This document shows, piece by piece, positions 39,790 through 49,701 of a DNA stretch of 64,000 nt. The translations under genes were made by a program, and so were the position numbers. The notes beneath the pieces are model-generated. The model made no database searches, had not been told where the DNA came from, and was given only the letters and a program-made list of their open reading frames with translations. Numbering within the stretch: the first letter of the stretch is position 1; each line of letters opens with the position of its first letter. The DNA is from an uncultured Verrucomicrobiae bacterium (GTDB taxonomy: Bacteria > Verrucomicrobiota > Verrucomicrobiia > Chthoniobacterales > UBA10450). Location: the NCBI GenBank assembly GCA_963756875.1, contig CAVWPA010000003.1, positions 576,001-640,000 on the forward strand. The letters run 5' to 3'.

Positions 39790-41374
39790 CTAAAGCCCAG
39801 CAGAACTGACGTAATCGATCGCGAACTTTGTATCGGACGCCCGATTGATCCACTGCAAGACGCTTTCGTATCTCCGCAATTTTGGCCGGCCAGTACCGCA
39901 GTGGTACGCGGGGCAAACACACTGTAGCGGTGACAGCCCCTGTAACAGAATTGACGGCAATTCCCTCGAGAACGCCGGCTCGAGGAAATTCAGAGCACGT
40001 AATGTCGCGCCGGTCATCTTGTAACGCGTCAGTAAACATCAGGGTCGCCGCGTAGGGCAACTGTTCAAACGGGATAGATGGGATGCCGTTGCTGCACAGG
40101 GTGTCGCGCGTGTGTTGATCGTGAAACATCATACTCAGTGCGGCGATGATGCATGCCTTGAGTGAAATCTCTGGATCATAAAGCTCGTGCTTGGCTGCTC
40201 TGTCGCGGCGACACCGAGTGATGAGATACAGGCCAGAAATCAAACTATGACCACACCGCCGGCCGTCAAAATATGCTCTTCGGAGCGCAGGGTCGAAACT
40301 AGCGACCACATCATCACCAAAGCCGGCCGGTCGCCACGCGTCGCTGACCCGCGTGAAAAGCTTGACCAAGTCTTCTCTCGCCTCGAGGAACTCGGTGTGC
40401 CACGCGTTGTTAATCGCGTTGAGAACTATGGATGGAACGTCATTTGACTGGTCGCTTCTGTTCTGGCTGCCGATGCTAAAAGCGAAAGTGCGCCAAAAAT
40501 CTTCACCCATGTAACCTGGGTCGTGGAACATGCACGTCAACGACCACAAGCTCTCCCACAAATGCAGCTTAGAAATCCGTTTTGGATCAGCAATATAGCG
40601 GTCGGGCAGTTCGGTTCGGGCTCGATGCTCGAGCATGCCGCCGAGCACTAGGAATCCGTTGAGTAGATTGTTGAAAGTGTGGAAAAAATGATCTCGTGCG
40701 CCTTCGTTTGCGCCAGCACGTTCCCAATCTTGAAGAGTCTGAAACAAGCCGATAGGAAAGAACAAGCGGCGATCTCCGCTTCGGATCTCCCTGGCGAGCG
40801 TGATTAGCAGATCAGATTCATCGTCGTAGGAAGGTAGAGACCGCAGTAGCGGAGTGTAGCGACGGTCTAACAGCTCAAATCGGCGCATTAAATAGGGGCT
40901 GAATCCCCGAACGTTTAACAATGCCTTACGCGTTGCCGCAGGGATGTGGCCACGTTCCAAAGCACCCCGCCGTAACTTGGGCATCGCGTAATCCGGCGGC
41001 CAAACGCGAAGCAGACCCTCCGAGGTCTCGAGAAGCAGTCCGAAGCCGAGCTTGTAACATTCCTCTGCGACCGCTTCCGCGATGTCGGTTGCGGAGACTT
41101 CGGGTGAATCCGTCGCGACGATTACTGCCGAAATCCGTTTCGCCGCTGTGAGTTGCTTGTGCGCACTCCGAACCCAATCAGGAATGCGCGGGAGACCCAG
41201 TGCATAAACAAGGTGATAGTGTCGGCCGTCCGCCAAACAAAGGTCTGGGCCGAAGCTCAATTTTTTCTTTAGCAGCCGCTTTTTATTGATCTCCCCAAAC
41301 GAAATCTCGCGAAGAACCCTGTCGCGACGCAAAGCGGCCTTTATTCCTTGCGCTGTAGCGCGAGTAAATCGCAT
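39790..41374 (-). CDS. HD-domain phosphohydrolase with N-terminal possible degenerate restriction-endonuclease-like domain; probable +1 frameshift at ~39871
   Basis: [35 protein letters not shown] give an H..H / HD / H / H / D metal-ligand pattern. Frame-corrected end is [27 protein letters not shown] (uncorrected ORF ends at 39737). Confidence 0.7.
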
Positions 41375-41383
41375 GAAATCGAT

Positions 41384-42457
41384 TTAGAAGGTTTCTCGCG
41401 AAGCGCGCGCTGCCCGAATGAGCTCGTCTAAGGCCCGGCGAAACTTATCAATCATCTTCTTCTTGGCCGCCGACGAGCCCTTGGCTTCGGTAATGTATCT
41501 CGACTCGTATTGGTCGAGGGTACGCGTAAGCGCGACAATCGCTGCTATGACGCGCTGTGGTTTTGCTGGGCGCTCTTCCAGAAGCTCTGGTAACTGGGTC
41601 GTAATTTCCGCCTTAGCGTCTTCGAATTGAAAATCCTTTCTATTAACCAAATCTTTGAAAAGATTGAGCGCGGTCTTCTTCTTCGAGCCGTCCAGCGCTC
41701 GAGAGAACAGCGGCGACACGCTACGTATCTGTTCTCTACTAGTGAGTGTGCCGGTCTCTATTCCGCCAATAGTCTTGTCCAACGGTACTCGCCGCACCTG
41801 ATTCGCAGTTGTGTCGACGGCCTTGTTGCCATTGAAGTAGTTTGGGAAGGCTTCGACTGCAGGCTCGATAATACTCGCCTCTATGGCCAAGATGTACGAA
41901 TAAACATTCCGCGATGGCTCGCGTTCATCGAAACGAAAGATTTCATCCTTCAATTGCTTCGGCCAGGAGAGCACGTGTACTTTATCTTTTGCCGTAACCA
42001 GTGACATGTTCGTCTCTTCCGCGAGCTTGGCTGCCCATTCCGCTTTTTGTGCAAGCCTGAGGCCTCTATCAAGCTCGGGATAGGCTTCCACGAGCGAACG
42101 ACACTGCGCCATCGGCCCCCACTGCTCGCGGGTCATATGCAGATGAAACATTAGCTTGCGAACATCCGCCGTTACTCCACGCCCCTCCAGAATGTGAACA
42201 GGCACCATGTCCAACGCTAGCTCGCGAGCTGCCCAATACCGTCTCTCCCCATCAACCAGCTCATATTTGATCTCACCAGCTGTCCTGGACAGATCGCGAA
42301 TAACCAAAGGGACGAGGATGCCAACACGATTGATCGAGGCAACGAGTCGCTCGAAACTTTCGTTCCGGTCAATCGCCCCCCTAGGATTGTGGTCGCTAGG
42401 CCTGATTTCTTTCAGGCGGATGCGTTTTACGCGACTTGCGAATTGAGAAGTATCCAT
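41384..42457 (-). CDS. ParB/Srx N-terminal domain protein with HTH and long C-terminal region
   Basis: IRPSDHNPR, LVASINRVGILVPLVI, YELVDGERRYWAA (ParB Arg patch), HTH-like AAKLAEETNMSLVTAKDKV. Confidence 0.85.
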   Translation of the reverse strand: MDTSQFASRVKRIRLKEIRPSDHNPRGAIDRNESFERLVASINRVGILVPLVIRDLSRTAGEIKYELVDGERRYWAARELALDMVPVHILEGRGVTADVRKLMFHLHMTREQWGPMAQCRSLVEAYPELDRGLRLAQKAEWAAKLAEETNMSLVTAKDKVHVLSWPKQLKDEIFRFDEREPSRNVYSYILAIEASIIEPAVEAFPNYFNGNKAVDTTANQVRRVPLDKTIGGIETGTLTSREQIRSVSPLFSRALDGSKKKTALNLFKDLVNRKDFQFEDAKAEITTQLPELLEERPAKPQRVIAAIVALTRTLDQYESRYITEAKGSSAAKKKMIDKFRRALDELIRAARASRETF

Positions 42458-42463
42458 AAGCAG

Positions 42464-43606
42464 TTACCGCTTCGTTGTCATAATCAGGATAGTTTCTGAA
42501 GTGCTGCCTCGGCACGCGCGCCTTACTCGGCGTGCAGTGGGAATTGTGTCCTTGTAGGTTGCACGCACCTGGTATCCACCGATCTCATTCACCGCGATTT
42601 GAGCGAGCGCATGTGCCAAGGGCTCCCCATAGGCAGTGCTCAATACGTCACCGACCACCAACACGCATCGTCCTCCGGGTTTCAAAATTTGCCGCCACAG
42701 AGTCAAACACTTGCGCATGAGCTCGAAAAACTGTGTTTCGGTGGGAGAGACCTGTGCATCAAGTTCGTCTGGATCGTCGACACCGAGAAACCAGAGGCGC
42801 ATGCGATTGTCGCGGCCGTAGTCGAGCTGGCGCATATACGGCGGACTAGTGATTATCGCGTCGACCGGATCCGCGGGGCGAAATAGCTCTGCGTTCCTCA
42901 AAAAGCATTGCCGCTGGATCGAAAAGTCCACGTTTGGGATGCGTTTGAGCGCACGCCCCACCTTCGCTTCGAGACGGCCTGCAACCGCGCGGTACCGATA
43001 CAACTCGGGGAATACGTCGACCGGAAAGCGACTGAGTCGCAAGTAGGGAACAGCGTGACTGCTTGGAAACGACAGAAAACCCGGCCTCTGATGATGCAGA
43101 ATACCGAGAAGGCACGCTAACAAGAATCGTTCGCTGCGCCGCGCTAGCACGGCGCGCCAAGCGAGAATCTCTTGCAATGTTTTCCGATGGAAAAACGCAC
43201 GTATCCATTTCGGCACTACAGATAAATCAATCGATGGCATCGTCCGCACGGCGGCTTCGGCGGCACGCTGCAAACGGTGCAACGCGTCGTCTTGCGAAAT
43301 CAATGGGAAGAGTTTTGCGCGAGTGAGAAGGGATGCGTATGGACTTAGATCATTTGCGATGACGTTGCGGCCGGCAATCCAAGACTCCAACGCGATGGTT
43401 CCGCAACCAGCGAATGGATCGTAGACGCAGTTTCCCGCTCTGGTGCAATGGCGAACGAGAGCATTCGCCATCGTTGATTTAATCTTTCCTATGTATGGCG
43501 ACAACTGGTGGAGAGTCGTCTCCTGATGCACTGCGCTCCCGGCCCAGTCGCAAGTCACACCATTCAGTCGCAGATGGCTATTCCGATTCATGACTACGGC
43601 GGACAT
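42464..43606 (-). CDS. Amino-DNA methyltransferase, alpha-type motif order, probably N4-cytosine
   Basis: LHQLSPYIGK (motif X-like), VYDPFAGCGT (motif I), then a target-recognition region, then IITSPPY (motif IV) and ILKPGG..VLVVGD. Confidence 0.88.
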   Translation of the reverse strand: MSAVVMNRNSHLRLNGVTCDWAGSAVHQETTLHQLSPYIGKIKSTMANALVRHCTRAGNCVYDPFAGCGTIALESWIAGRNVIANDLSPYASLLTRAKLFPLISQDDALHRLQRAAEAAVRTMPSIDLSVVPKWIRAFFHRKTLQEILAWRAVLARRSERFLLACLLGILHHQRPGFLSFPSSHAVPYLRLSRFPVDVFPELYRYRAVAGRLEAKVGRALKRIPNVDFSIQRQCFLRNAELFRPADPVDAIITSPPYMRQLDYGRDNRMRLWFLGVDDPDELDAQVSPTETQFFELMRKCLTLWRQILKPGGRCVLVVGDVLSTAYGEPLAHALAQIAVNEIGGYQVRATYKDTIPTARRVRRACRGSTSETILIMTTKR

Positions 43607-43908
43607 CCCGGCACAGTATCAACGCGAGATAGATTCGTCGACTTCTTAAAGAAAACGGGGTCAGACAATTGGGGTTCAGGCAACAAATCTTGACACCGTG
43701 GGTTCCTGAAGCTTAGCACTCTATCGGCCGCTCACTGATTCACCTTGTCCCCGACAATCATCCGGAGAGCTTCTGGATTTGGCTGACGGAAGCGGCTCCA
43801 GTAAGGATCCAAGGAGCGATCGCCAGAATCTTATCTGATTTTTCCAAATTGTGTTTGGCGCAGCCGCCTTCGTTCAGACTACGGCCAGCCAGGGAGCAAT
43901 CGCGGGGA

Positions 43909-45898
43909 TCAAATCTGGGGAATTCCGAGTCCTCTAAGATAATTGAATGTCGAATCATAAAAAGTAGGGGATCGCGTCGGATCAGCGACTTCGCCAGGCG
44001 GCACGAACACGACCATTCCTTGGCGCGCACGTGTAAGCAAGACGCGGTAAGCATTGCGGAGATACACCCGGTTGTCGGCATTCGCGATGTTGCACCAACG
44101 ATCCCCTCGGAAATCGTGATAATTCCAGTCCGCACCGTTAAAGCGAAAGTCACCGCACCACGCGACGCAGACCCAATCAAGTTCCAATCCTTGCACTTGA
44201 AATTCAGTCGCAGCGTCTTCGAGATAATAACTCGACCGCGTGTCGTCTCTGCCATTCAAAAAATAGTGTACCGGGTCAACTGAGACGCGGATGTCGATTG
44301 CGTGCGGCTTCAGTCGCATCGCTTTTGATGAGGCGACCAAGCCGTAGCGCTCCGTTCCTCGCGCGCGATCGCGAACCCATTGTTTCGCCGCATTCAGATC
44401 ACGCGTGATTGCGATCGGATATCTCGCGGCCAATTCTCCGAATGCGCGCTTCGCCTGTTCTTCGTCGCAATCGAGAAGCGCTTTGACGAATGCAGAAACA
44501 TTTTCCGCGCGAAACGATCGCATGGAGACTGCGAGATGCAGCGCGTCGTCGAACTTGGTGCGCGGACGCTCGCGCACGATCTCCAGGCGCTCGACCGGTC
44601 GCATACTCGCTGTCTGTGAGCCGTGACGAAATGAACATCTCCCATGCAGGAAAACTTCGATTCACTGCTTGGAGCCACGCATCAATACCCGGCTTCACCT
44701 GTATTAATCTCCTGGCCGCCACCAACAAGGCATACGATTACCGCCCAATCCTTGTGTCTATCCATGTATGAGATCAGAAACTCTGGCTCCGAATGAGAGA
44801 ACCCAGCGGCCGTTTCTTCGCGCAGCATGAAGTTGGCGGTCTGCCTAAGATTCCAAGCGCGTTGCGCCTCATCGAAAATAACAACGTGCTCATCCGGCGG
44901 ACCGAGATCGATCAGCGCATCGTCGCGGAAATGGTGAACGTTTTGAATAAACGACTTGATCGCGTTCTCCAACTTTTCCTTTTCGCGCCTTCTCGCCGTG
45001 TTGCTTCCGACGCGCGACTTCGTCACGCGTTAGCGCTTCACGAAGAACGGCAACCAATGGGCCATTGCCAGACAGAAAAACAGCATGAGTTGGCTCGATC
45101 CTCTTCACGCCGCGTCGCAAGATTCAGCCCGACTAAAGTTTTTCCTGCTCCGGGCACGCCAGTCATAAACAAATTCGCTTTAGCGCCCTTTAGCATGAGC
45201 TTCATCGACGAGTTCTTCAATTCGTCGCGAGGTAACGTGCAGATTCTGCGCGCCGGCGTCGAACCGCGCGATCGCTTCGACCGAATGTGCGCATACAGCG
45301 CGCGCGCAGCTTCGATGATCGTGGGCGTCGGATGATACGACGCTCGCGACCACGCTTCTGCATTCGACGGCGATGCCACTAATTCTCGCTAAGCGCAGCG
45401 TCGAGCGCGCTGCGAAAGTGTTCGGGATCGACGACAATCGGCCGGTAAAGTTTGTCGGCGTCTGGCATCAACTCGATCTGAGGACATTCGTTGCTTCTGT
45501 TGGGTCAGAATGGGAATGATTGAAGCATCGTGACTTGCCTCATGAAAATTCTTTAGGTCCAGCCCGTAATCCCAAACCTGATCGATCGCCGCACGATCAA
45601 ACGTTTTCTCGCCGACTTTGAATTCGATTGCGAAGACCACTGGCCCAATCACAAGAACGACGTCGATCCGCCGTCCCATTCGCGGAATGTTGAACTCGAA
45701 GAAGATCGAACCCGCAAAGGCCAATGAGTTGCGGGCGAAGAAACTCGATCTGCGCGAGCCACGCGTCAGCGTTGCGTTGGAATCAAAGTCGAACTCGCAG
45801 AATTAGTTGTAAGCTGGCCCAGACAATTTCGGGGGTCGCGTGGAGCAAAGTCTGCAGTCGAAGCGCCGTACCAGAATCGCAAGAGACGAAGACCGCAT
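43909..45898 (-). pseudogene. DUF2075 / Schlafen group 3-like nuclease-helicase carrying many single-base indels (pseudogene or poor consensus)
   Basis: Colinear fragments across frames: [12 protein letters not shown] (PD-(D/E)xK-like), [56 protein letters not shown]. Confidence 0.8.
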
Positions 45899-46009
45899 CA
45901 ATGTGGTGGTGATTTGTCCTTCCACATCTAAATGCTAGCCACCGCGCTGCGATTCGACGAGAAAAGACTTGGCATTCGCCGCGAACCTGGCCAGGTAATT
46001 ATGCCCATC

Positions 46010-46251
46010 ATGGGCAAAGATTTCATTTCAAACTGGACAGTGTGGATCTCGGACAGGTGCTCGACGGGTTGCGATGTCGGCAACAATCGTGGGCGAATAC
46101 TGCGATTTACCTGCGTGACGAATATTTCCCTGATGATTCGTTCGTATGCGAAGAATGCAGTGACACCAATGAAGCGCAAAAGATCGCAAACATGTATCAG
46201 CGGATCATTACGACAATTGAAAATCAGATCGCCCAACAACGTGGTCAATAG
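46010..46251 (+). CDS. Small hypothetical protein (~80 aa), frameshift near the start
   Basis: ...FHFKLDSVDLGQVLDGLRCRQQSWANTAIYLRDEYFPDDSFVCEECSD..EAQKIA; nearest ATG (46010) is out of frame. Confidence 0.55.
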
Positions 46252-46252
46252 A

Positions 46253-46390
46253 ACCGCGTTCGATCCCGCTGATGTACGTGCGGTCGAGCTCCGCTTTTTC
46301 CGCCAGAGCTTCCTGCGACAGCCCGGCCGCGTCACGGCGGCGGCGAACGTTTAATCCGAATCGGGTGAGAGTGTGGTGTCGATGCGACAT
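46253..46390 (-). pseudogene. Truncated XRE-family HTH protein, restriction-modification controller (C-protein)-like
   Basis: MSHRHHTLTRFGLNVRRRRDAAGLSQEALAEKAELDRTYISGIERG with a DRTY recognition helix; similarity stops at the stop codon of the convergent gene. Confidence 0.8.
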
Positions 46391-46407
46391 GCACACACTT
46401 CACCTGA

Positions 46408-46442
46408 ATGTTGCCTTTCAATCCACGGACTATAAGTCACAT
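46408..46442 (-). promoter_or_regulatory. 35-bp C-protein operator (C-box GACT-TAT-AGTC plus degenerate second box)
   Basis: Minus strand ATGTGACTTATAGTCCGTGGATTGAAAGGCAACAT, ending 17 nt before the C-gene ATG. Confidence 0.85.
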
Positions 46443-46761
46443 CAATATCGCTCGAAGACGGAGCGACAAAGCTTGTTGCCCCTGCGGTTCTTTGCCGCCC
46501 CGAAGTTTATTCCTTTCTGGAGCGCAGACTGACTGAACAGTGACAAGTGACCCGCCACGGCGGGTTCGTCTGAACGGGAACATGTGACCCGCCTACGCGA
46601 ATACTACGGCGCGGCAAGCGAGTGGCGAGAGGGCACATAGCTCATGATGTCGTCGATTTCCACAATATTGATCTTGAATTTCGCCTATATCGGGGAGGTC
46701 GAGCCCAGTCAGGCCGATTTATTCCTTGCATGCATGGCACGCACCGGGCTTACTTAGGGGC

Positions 46762-46929
46762 ATGGTCGCCATAATCGCCAAGCGTAGCGTTGCAGAAGTC
46801 CGAAAGGAAGTCCGAGCCATCAGGAAAGCCGGGGACGAAATCAACAAGTCGGCGAAATCAGCGCGCGCATTTCTGCGCAAAAACGGCTTCATTACCAAGG
46901 ACAATAAAGTCAGCAGGCAATATCGGTAG
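46762..46929 (+). CDS. Small basic protein (55 aa), candidate antitoxin
   Basis: MVAIIAKRSVAEVRKEV...SARAFLRKNGFITKDNKVSRQYR; AGGGG before the ATG; 8 bp upstream of the next gene. Confidence 0.65.
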   Translation: MVAIIAKRSVAEVRKEVRAIRKAGDEINKSAKSARAFLRKNGFITKDNKVSRQYR

Positions 46930-46937
46930 CCCGGTCA

Positions 46938-47534
46938 ATGTTTGCCACATCGTTCGTTCTTGGCTATCACGGCTGCGAACGAAAAGTTGGTGAGACCATT
47001 CTGGCCGGCAAAGACCACGTCACGCTTAGCGAGAACGTCTACGATTGGCTCGGCCACGGCGCGTATTTTTGGGAGAACAGCGCAAAACGCGCGAAGGATT
47101 GGGCCGACTTTCTAACGAAACACCCGCCGGAACCGGATAAGAAAATAACCGATCCTTTCGTCGTCGGTGCGATCATTGATCTCGGCGATTGTCTCGATCT
47201 GACCGACGCAGGCTCACTGGAGATCATTCGCGCTGGTTACGATGAGTTCCGCCGAACCATGGAGCAGGCTGGTGCTCCCATGCCGAAAAATGAGCCGGCA
47301 CTCCGCGGCGACGTCGATCTTGTGAAACGCCACCTCGATTGTGCTGTAGTTAATTTTGTCCATCTGCTGCGTGAACGAGAGAAGAATCCGTTTGACACAG
47401 TCCGCGGAATTTTCACCGAAGGTGGTGAGCTCTATCCCGGCGCAAAGATCATGGCTAAAACGCATGTGCAGGTATGCGTTCGCAATCCCAAGAAGAGCAT
47501 CAAAGGCTATTTTCGCCCTCTGGCCCAGAACTAG
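46938..47534 (+). CDS. Hypothetical protein with ADP-ribosyltransferase-like motifs (candidate toxin)
   Basis: GYHGC, DWLGHGAYFWE, GAIIDLGDCLDL, FDTVRG, HVQVCVRN follow the H-G..G.G.Y.F pattern of H-Y-x ART folds. Confidence 0.6.
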   Translation: MFATSFVLGYHGCERKVGETILAGKDHVTLSENVYDWLGHGAYFWENSAKRAKDWADFLTKHPPEPDKKITDPFVVGAIIDLGDCLDLTDAGSLEIIRAGYDEFRRTMEQAGAPMPKNEPALRGDVDLVKRHLDCAVVNFVHLLREREKNPFDTVRGIFTEGGELYPGAKIMAKTHVQVCVRNPKKSIKGYFRPLAQN

Positions 47535-47650
47535 CCAACCGACCGCCAGGTCATAAGAAGTTGGGTCAAATCTCAACTCCGAAAGCATTCGCGAGCAGGT
47601 TATTTAACATTCTTGTTCCCGGATCCTTGTAGCTTTGACCAACCGGTTCG

Positions 47651-49552
47651 TTAGGGAGACGGGATGTTCTGCTGCAGGAGCTCGAGTTCGTGCCAGCGCG
47701 CGTAGAGGTGCGCGACTTTGTCGCGCGCGGTTTTCAGTTGAGTTTCTAAATCGAAGATCTCCGCGCGCGGGTTCGCGTAGAAATCCGGCGCGGCAAATGC
47801 CGCTTCCAGGTCCGATACTTCGCGCTCCGCGGCAAGAATGTTCGCCTCCATCGATTCCCATTCGCGCTCTTCTTTCCATTTGAGCCTGGCCGGTTTCCCT
47901 TTGCCCCGCCTAGGCGGGGCGGCGACGACAACTGGCGGGCGATTTGAATCGCGAGTCGGAGCGAGCAGGGCTCGTCGTTCCAGGTAGTAATCGTAGTTCC
48001 CGACGCTGTACGCGACGCGGCCTTCCCCTTCGAAAGCGAGGATCGAGGTGCACACGCGATTCAGGAAATAGCGATCGTGACTGACCACGATGACGCAGCC
48101 GCCAAAGGCGACGAGCGCTTCCTCGAGCAAGCGCAACGTGCCGAGATCGAGATCGTTGGTCGGTTCGTCGAGCATCAAAACGTTGCCGCCGCGCTTCAGG
48201 ATTTTGGCGAGCAGCACCCTGCTGCGTTCGCCACCGCTGAGCTGCGAGATCCTGGTGTTGATCCGGTCTTCGCTGAAAAGAAATCGCCGCAGATAGGCGC
48301 GCAAGGTGATGCTTTGCTCGCCAAGGGTAACGTGTTCACCGCCGGTGCCGACTTCTTCCCAAACCGTTTTCGCGTCGTTGAGCAGAAGCCGATTTTGATC
48401 GACGTAATTGATCTCGGTCCGAGCGCCGATCTCCACTTCACCACTCGCCACGGGCAGTTCCTGCAGAATGACTTTAAGGAGCGAGGATTTGCCGAGTCCG
48501 TTACGGCCGACAACACCCAGGCGTTCGCCGGCTGTGAGATTGAGATTCACGTGCTCAAAGAGGGTGCGTCCACCCAGCTCCACGCTGACGTCGGTCAATT
48601 CGATGATGCGATTCGCAAGCTTCGGCGGCGTGGGGATAATCAACTCGACGTCGAGCTCCGCTTCCGGCGCTTCCTGCGCAGCCATCTCGAAATAACGTTC
48701 CACGCGGTCCACCGATTTCGTCCGGCGCGCCCGGGGCGCTTTTCTGACCCATTGCAGTTCCCGTTTTAAAAACTTCTGCCGTTTATGTTCCTGCATTTCC
48801 TCCACCGCTTTTCGCTGGACGCGCGCGAGCAGGTAATCGGTGTAGTTGCCGTCGTAACTGGTGAACTCGCCGCGCGACAGCTCGACGATCCGCGTGGCCA
48901 CCCGATCGAGAAAATAGCGATCGTGCGTGACGAACAAACAGGTGCCGGCATAACGAGCGAGAAAATCCTCCAGCCATTCGATCGAGCCGGTATCGAGATG
49001 GTTGGTCGGTTCGTCGAGAATCAGAAAATCGGGACGGGCGAGCAGCGCCCGGCAAAGTGCGACGCGGCGTTTTTCCCCGCCGGAAAGCGTGCCCACGACG
49101 CGATCCGGTTCCGGCGCGTGCAGATTCGTGATGAGCGACTTGATCCGGTGTTCCAAATTCCAACCGTCGGCGTGGATAATCTTGTCGAGGAGCGTGGCGC
49201 TGAGCGGGCTGTCACCCGGGACGCGTTCGTATTCGGCAATGAGGTCGAGAATCCGCTGTGCGCCGCTGAGAATGTTGGCATGGACGGTGGCTGCATCGTC
49301 CAGGCCGGAAACTTGCGGCATATAGCCGGTGACGAGATCGCGCCGGCATGAGAATTCACCGGAATCGGGTTGGGCCACGCCGGCCGCGATCTGGAGGAAG
49401 GTCGATTTGCCAGAGCCGTTGCGGCCGACGAGCCCAATGTGTTCGCCCTCCATGAAGGCAATCGTCGCGCCGTTGAGAACGACCTGATGGCCGTATTTGA
49501 CGGAAAGGTTGTTCGCGCTCGCGATGACTGTGCCTGCCGAGGTTTCTGCCAT
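47651..49552 (-). CDS. ABC-F family ATPase (Uup-like)
   Basis: Two ABC domains (GRNGSGKS, LSGGEKRR, LDEPTNHLD; GRNGLGKS, LSGGERSR, DEPTNDLD) and a C-terminal coiled coil (LYARWHELE). Confidence 0.92.
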   Translation of the reverse strand: MAETSAGTVIASANNLSVKYGHQVVLNGATIAFMEGEHIGLVGRNGSGKSTFLQIAAGVAQPDSGEFSCRRDLVTGYMPQVSGLDDAATVHANILSGAQRILDLIAEYERVPGDSPLSATLLDKIIHADGWNLEHRIKSLITNLHAPEPDRVVGTLSGGEKRRVALCRALLARPDFLILDEPTNHLDTGSIEWLEDFLARYAGTCLFVTHDRYFLDRVATRIVELSRGEFTSYDGNYTDYLLARVQRKAVEEMQEHKRQKFLKRELQWVRKAPRARRTKSVDRVERYFEMAAQEAPEAELDVELIIPTPPKLANRIIELTDVSVELGGRTLFEHVNLNLTAGERLGVVGRNGLGKSSLLKVILQELPVASGEVEIGARTEINYVDQNRLLLNDAKTVWEEVGTGGEHVTLGEQSITLRAYLRRFLFSEDRINTRISQLSGGERSRVLLAKILKRGGNVLMLDEPTNDLDLGTLRLLEEALVAFGGCVIVVSHDRYFLNRVCTSILAFEGEGRVAYSVGNYDYYLERRALLAPTRDSNRPPVVVAAPPRRGKGKPARLKWKEEREWESMEANILAAEREVSDLEAAFAAPDFYANPRAEIFDLETQLKTARDKVAHLYARWHELELLQQNIPSP

Positions 49553-49701
49553 GGGGAACGTTGAACGTCGGGTGAGTAACCCGCCTCCGCAAGGCTACTC
49601 CGAAAGCGGGGGAGGGAATGGAAAGAATTCGGGGTCAAATCTAAATATTTGACATTCTTAGTTGCGGTTCCTTTCCCGCTTCGAAGTTCATAAGCGCAGC
49701 G

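Noticed and set aside
41384..42457. ParB as a chromosome/plasmid partition gene
   Set aside because: No adjacent ParA/Soj or rep gene, and I noticed no parS-like palindrome nearby; it is tightly coupled to the MTase and HD genes.
46735..46750. TGGCACGCACCGGGC as a third sigma-54 promoter
   Set aside because: GG-N10-GC spacing is present, but the -12 TT is missing, no GTCCC UAS pair lies upstream and it is too close to ATG 46762.
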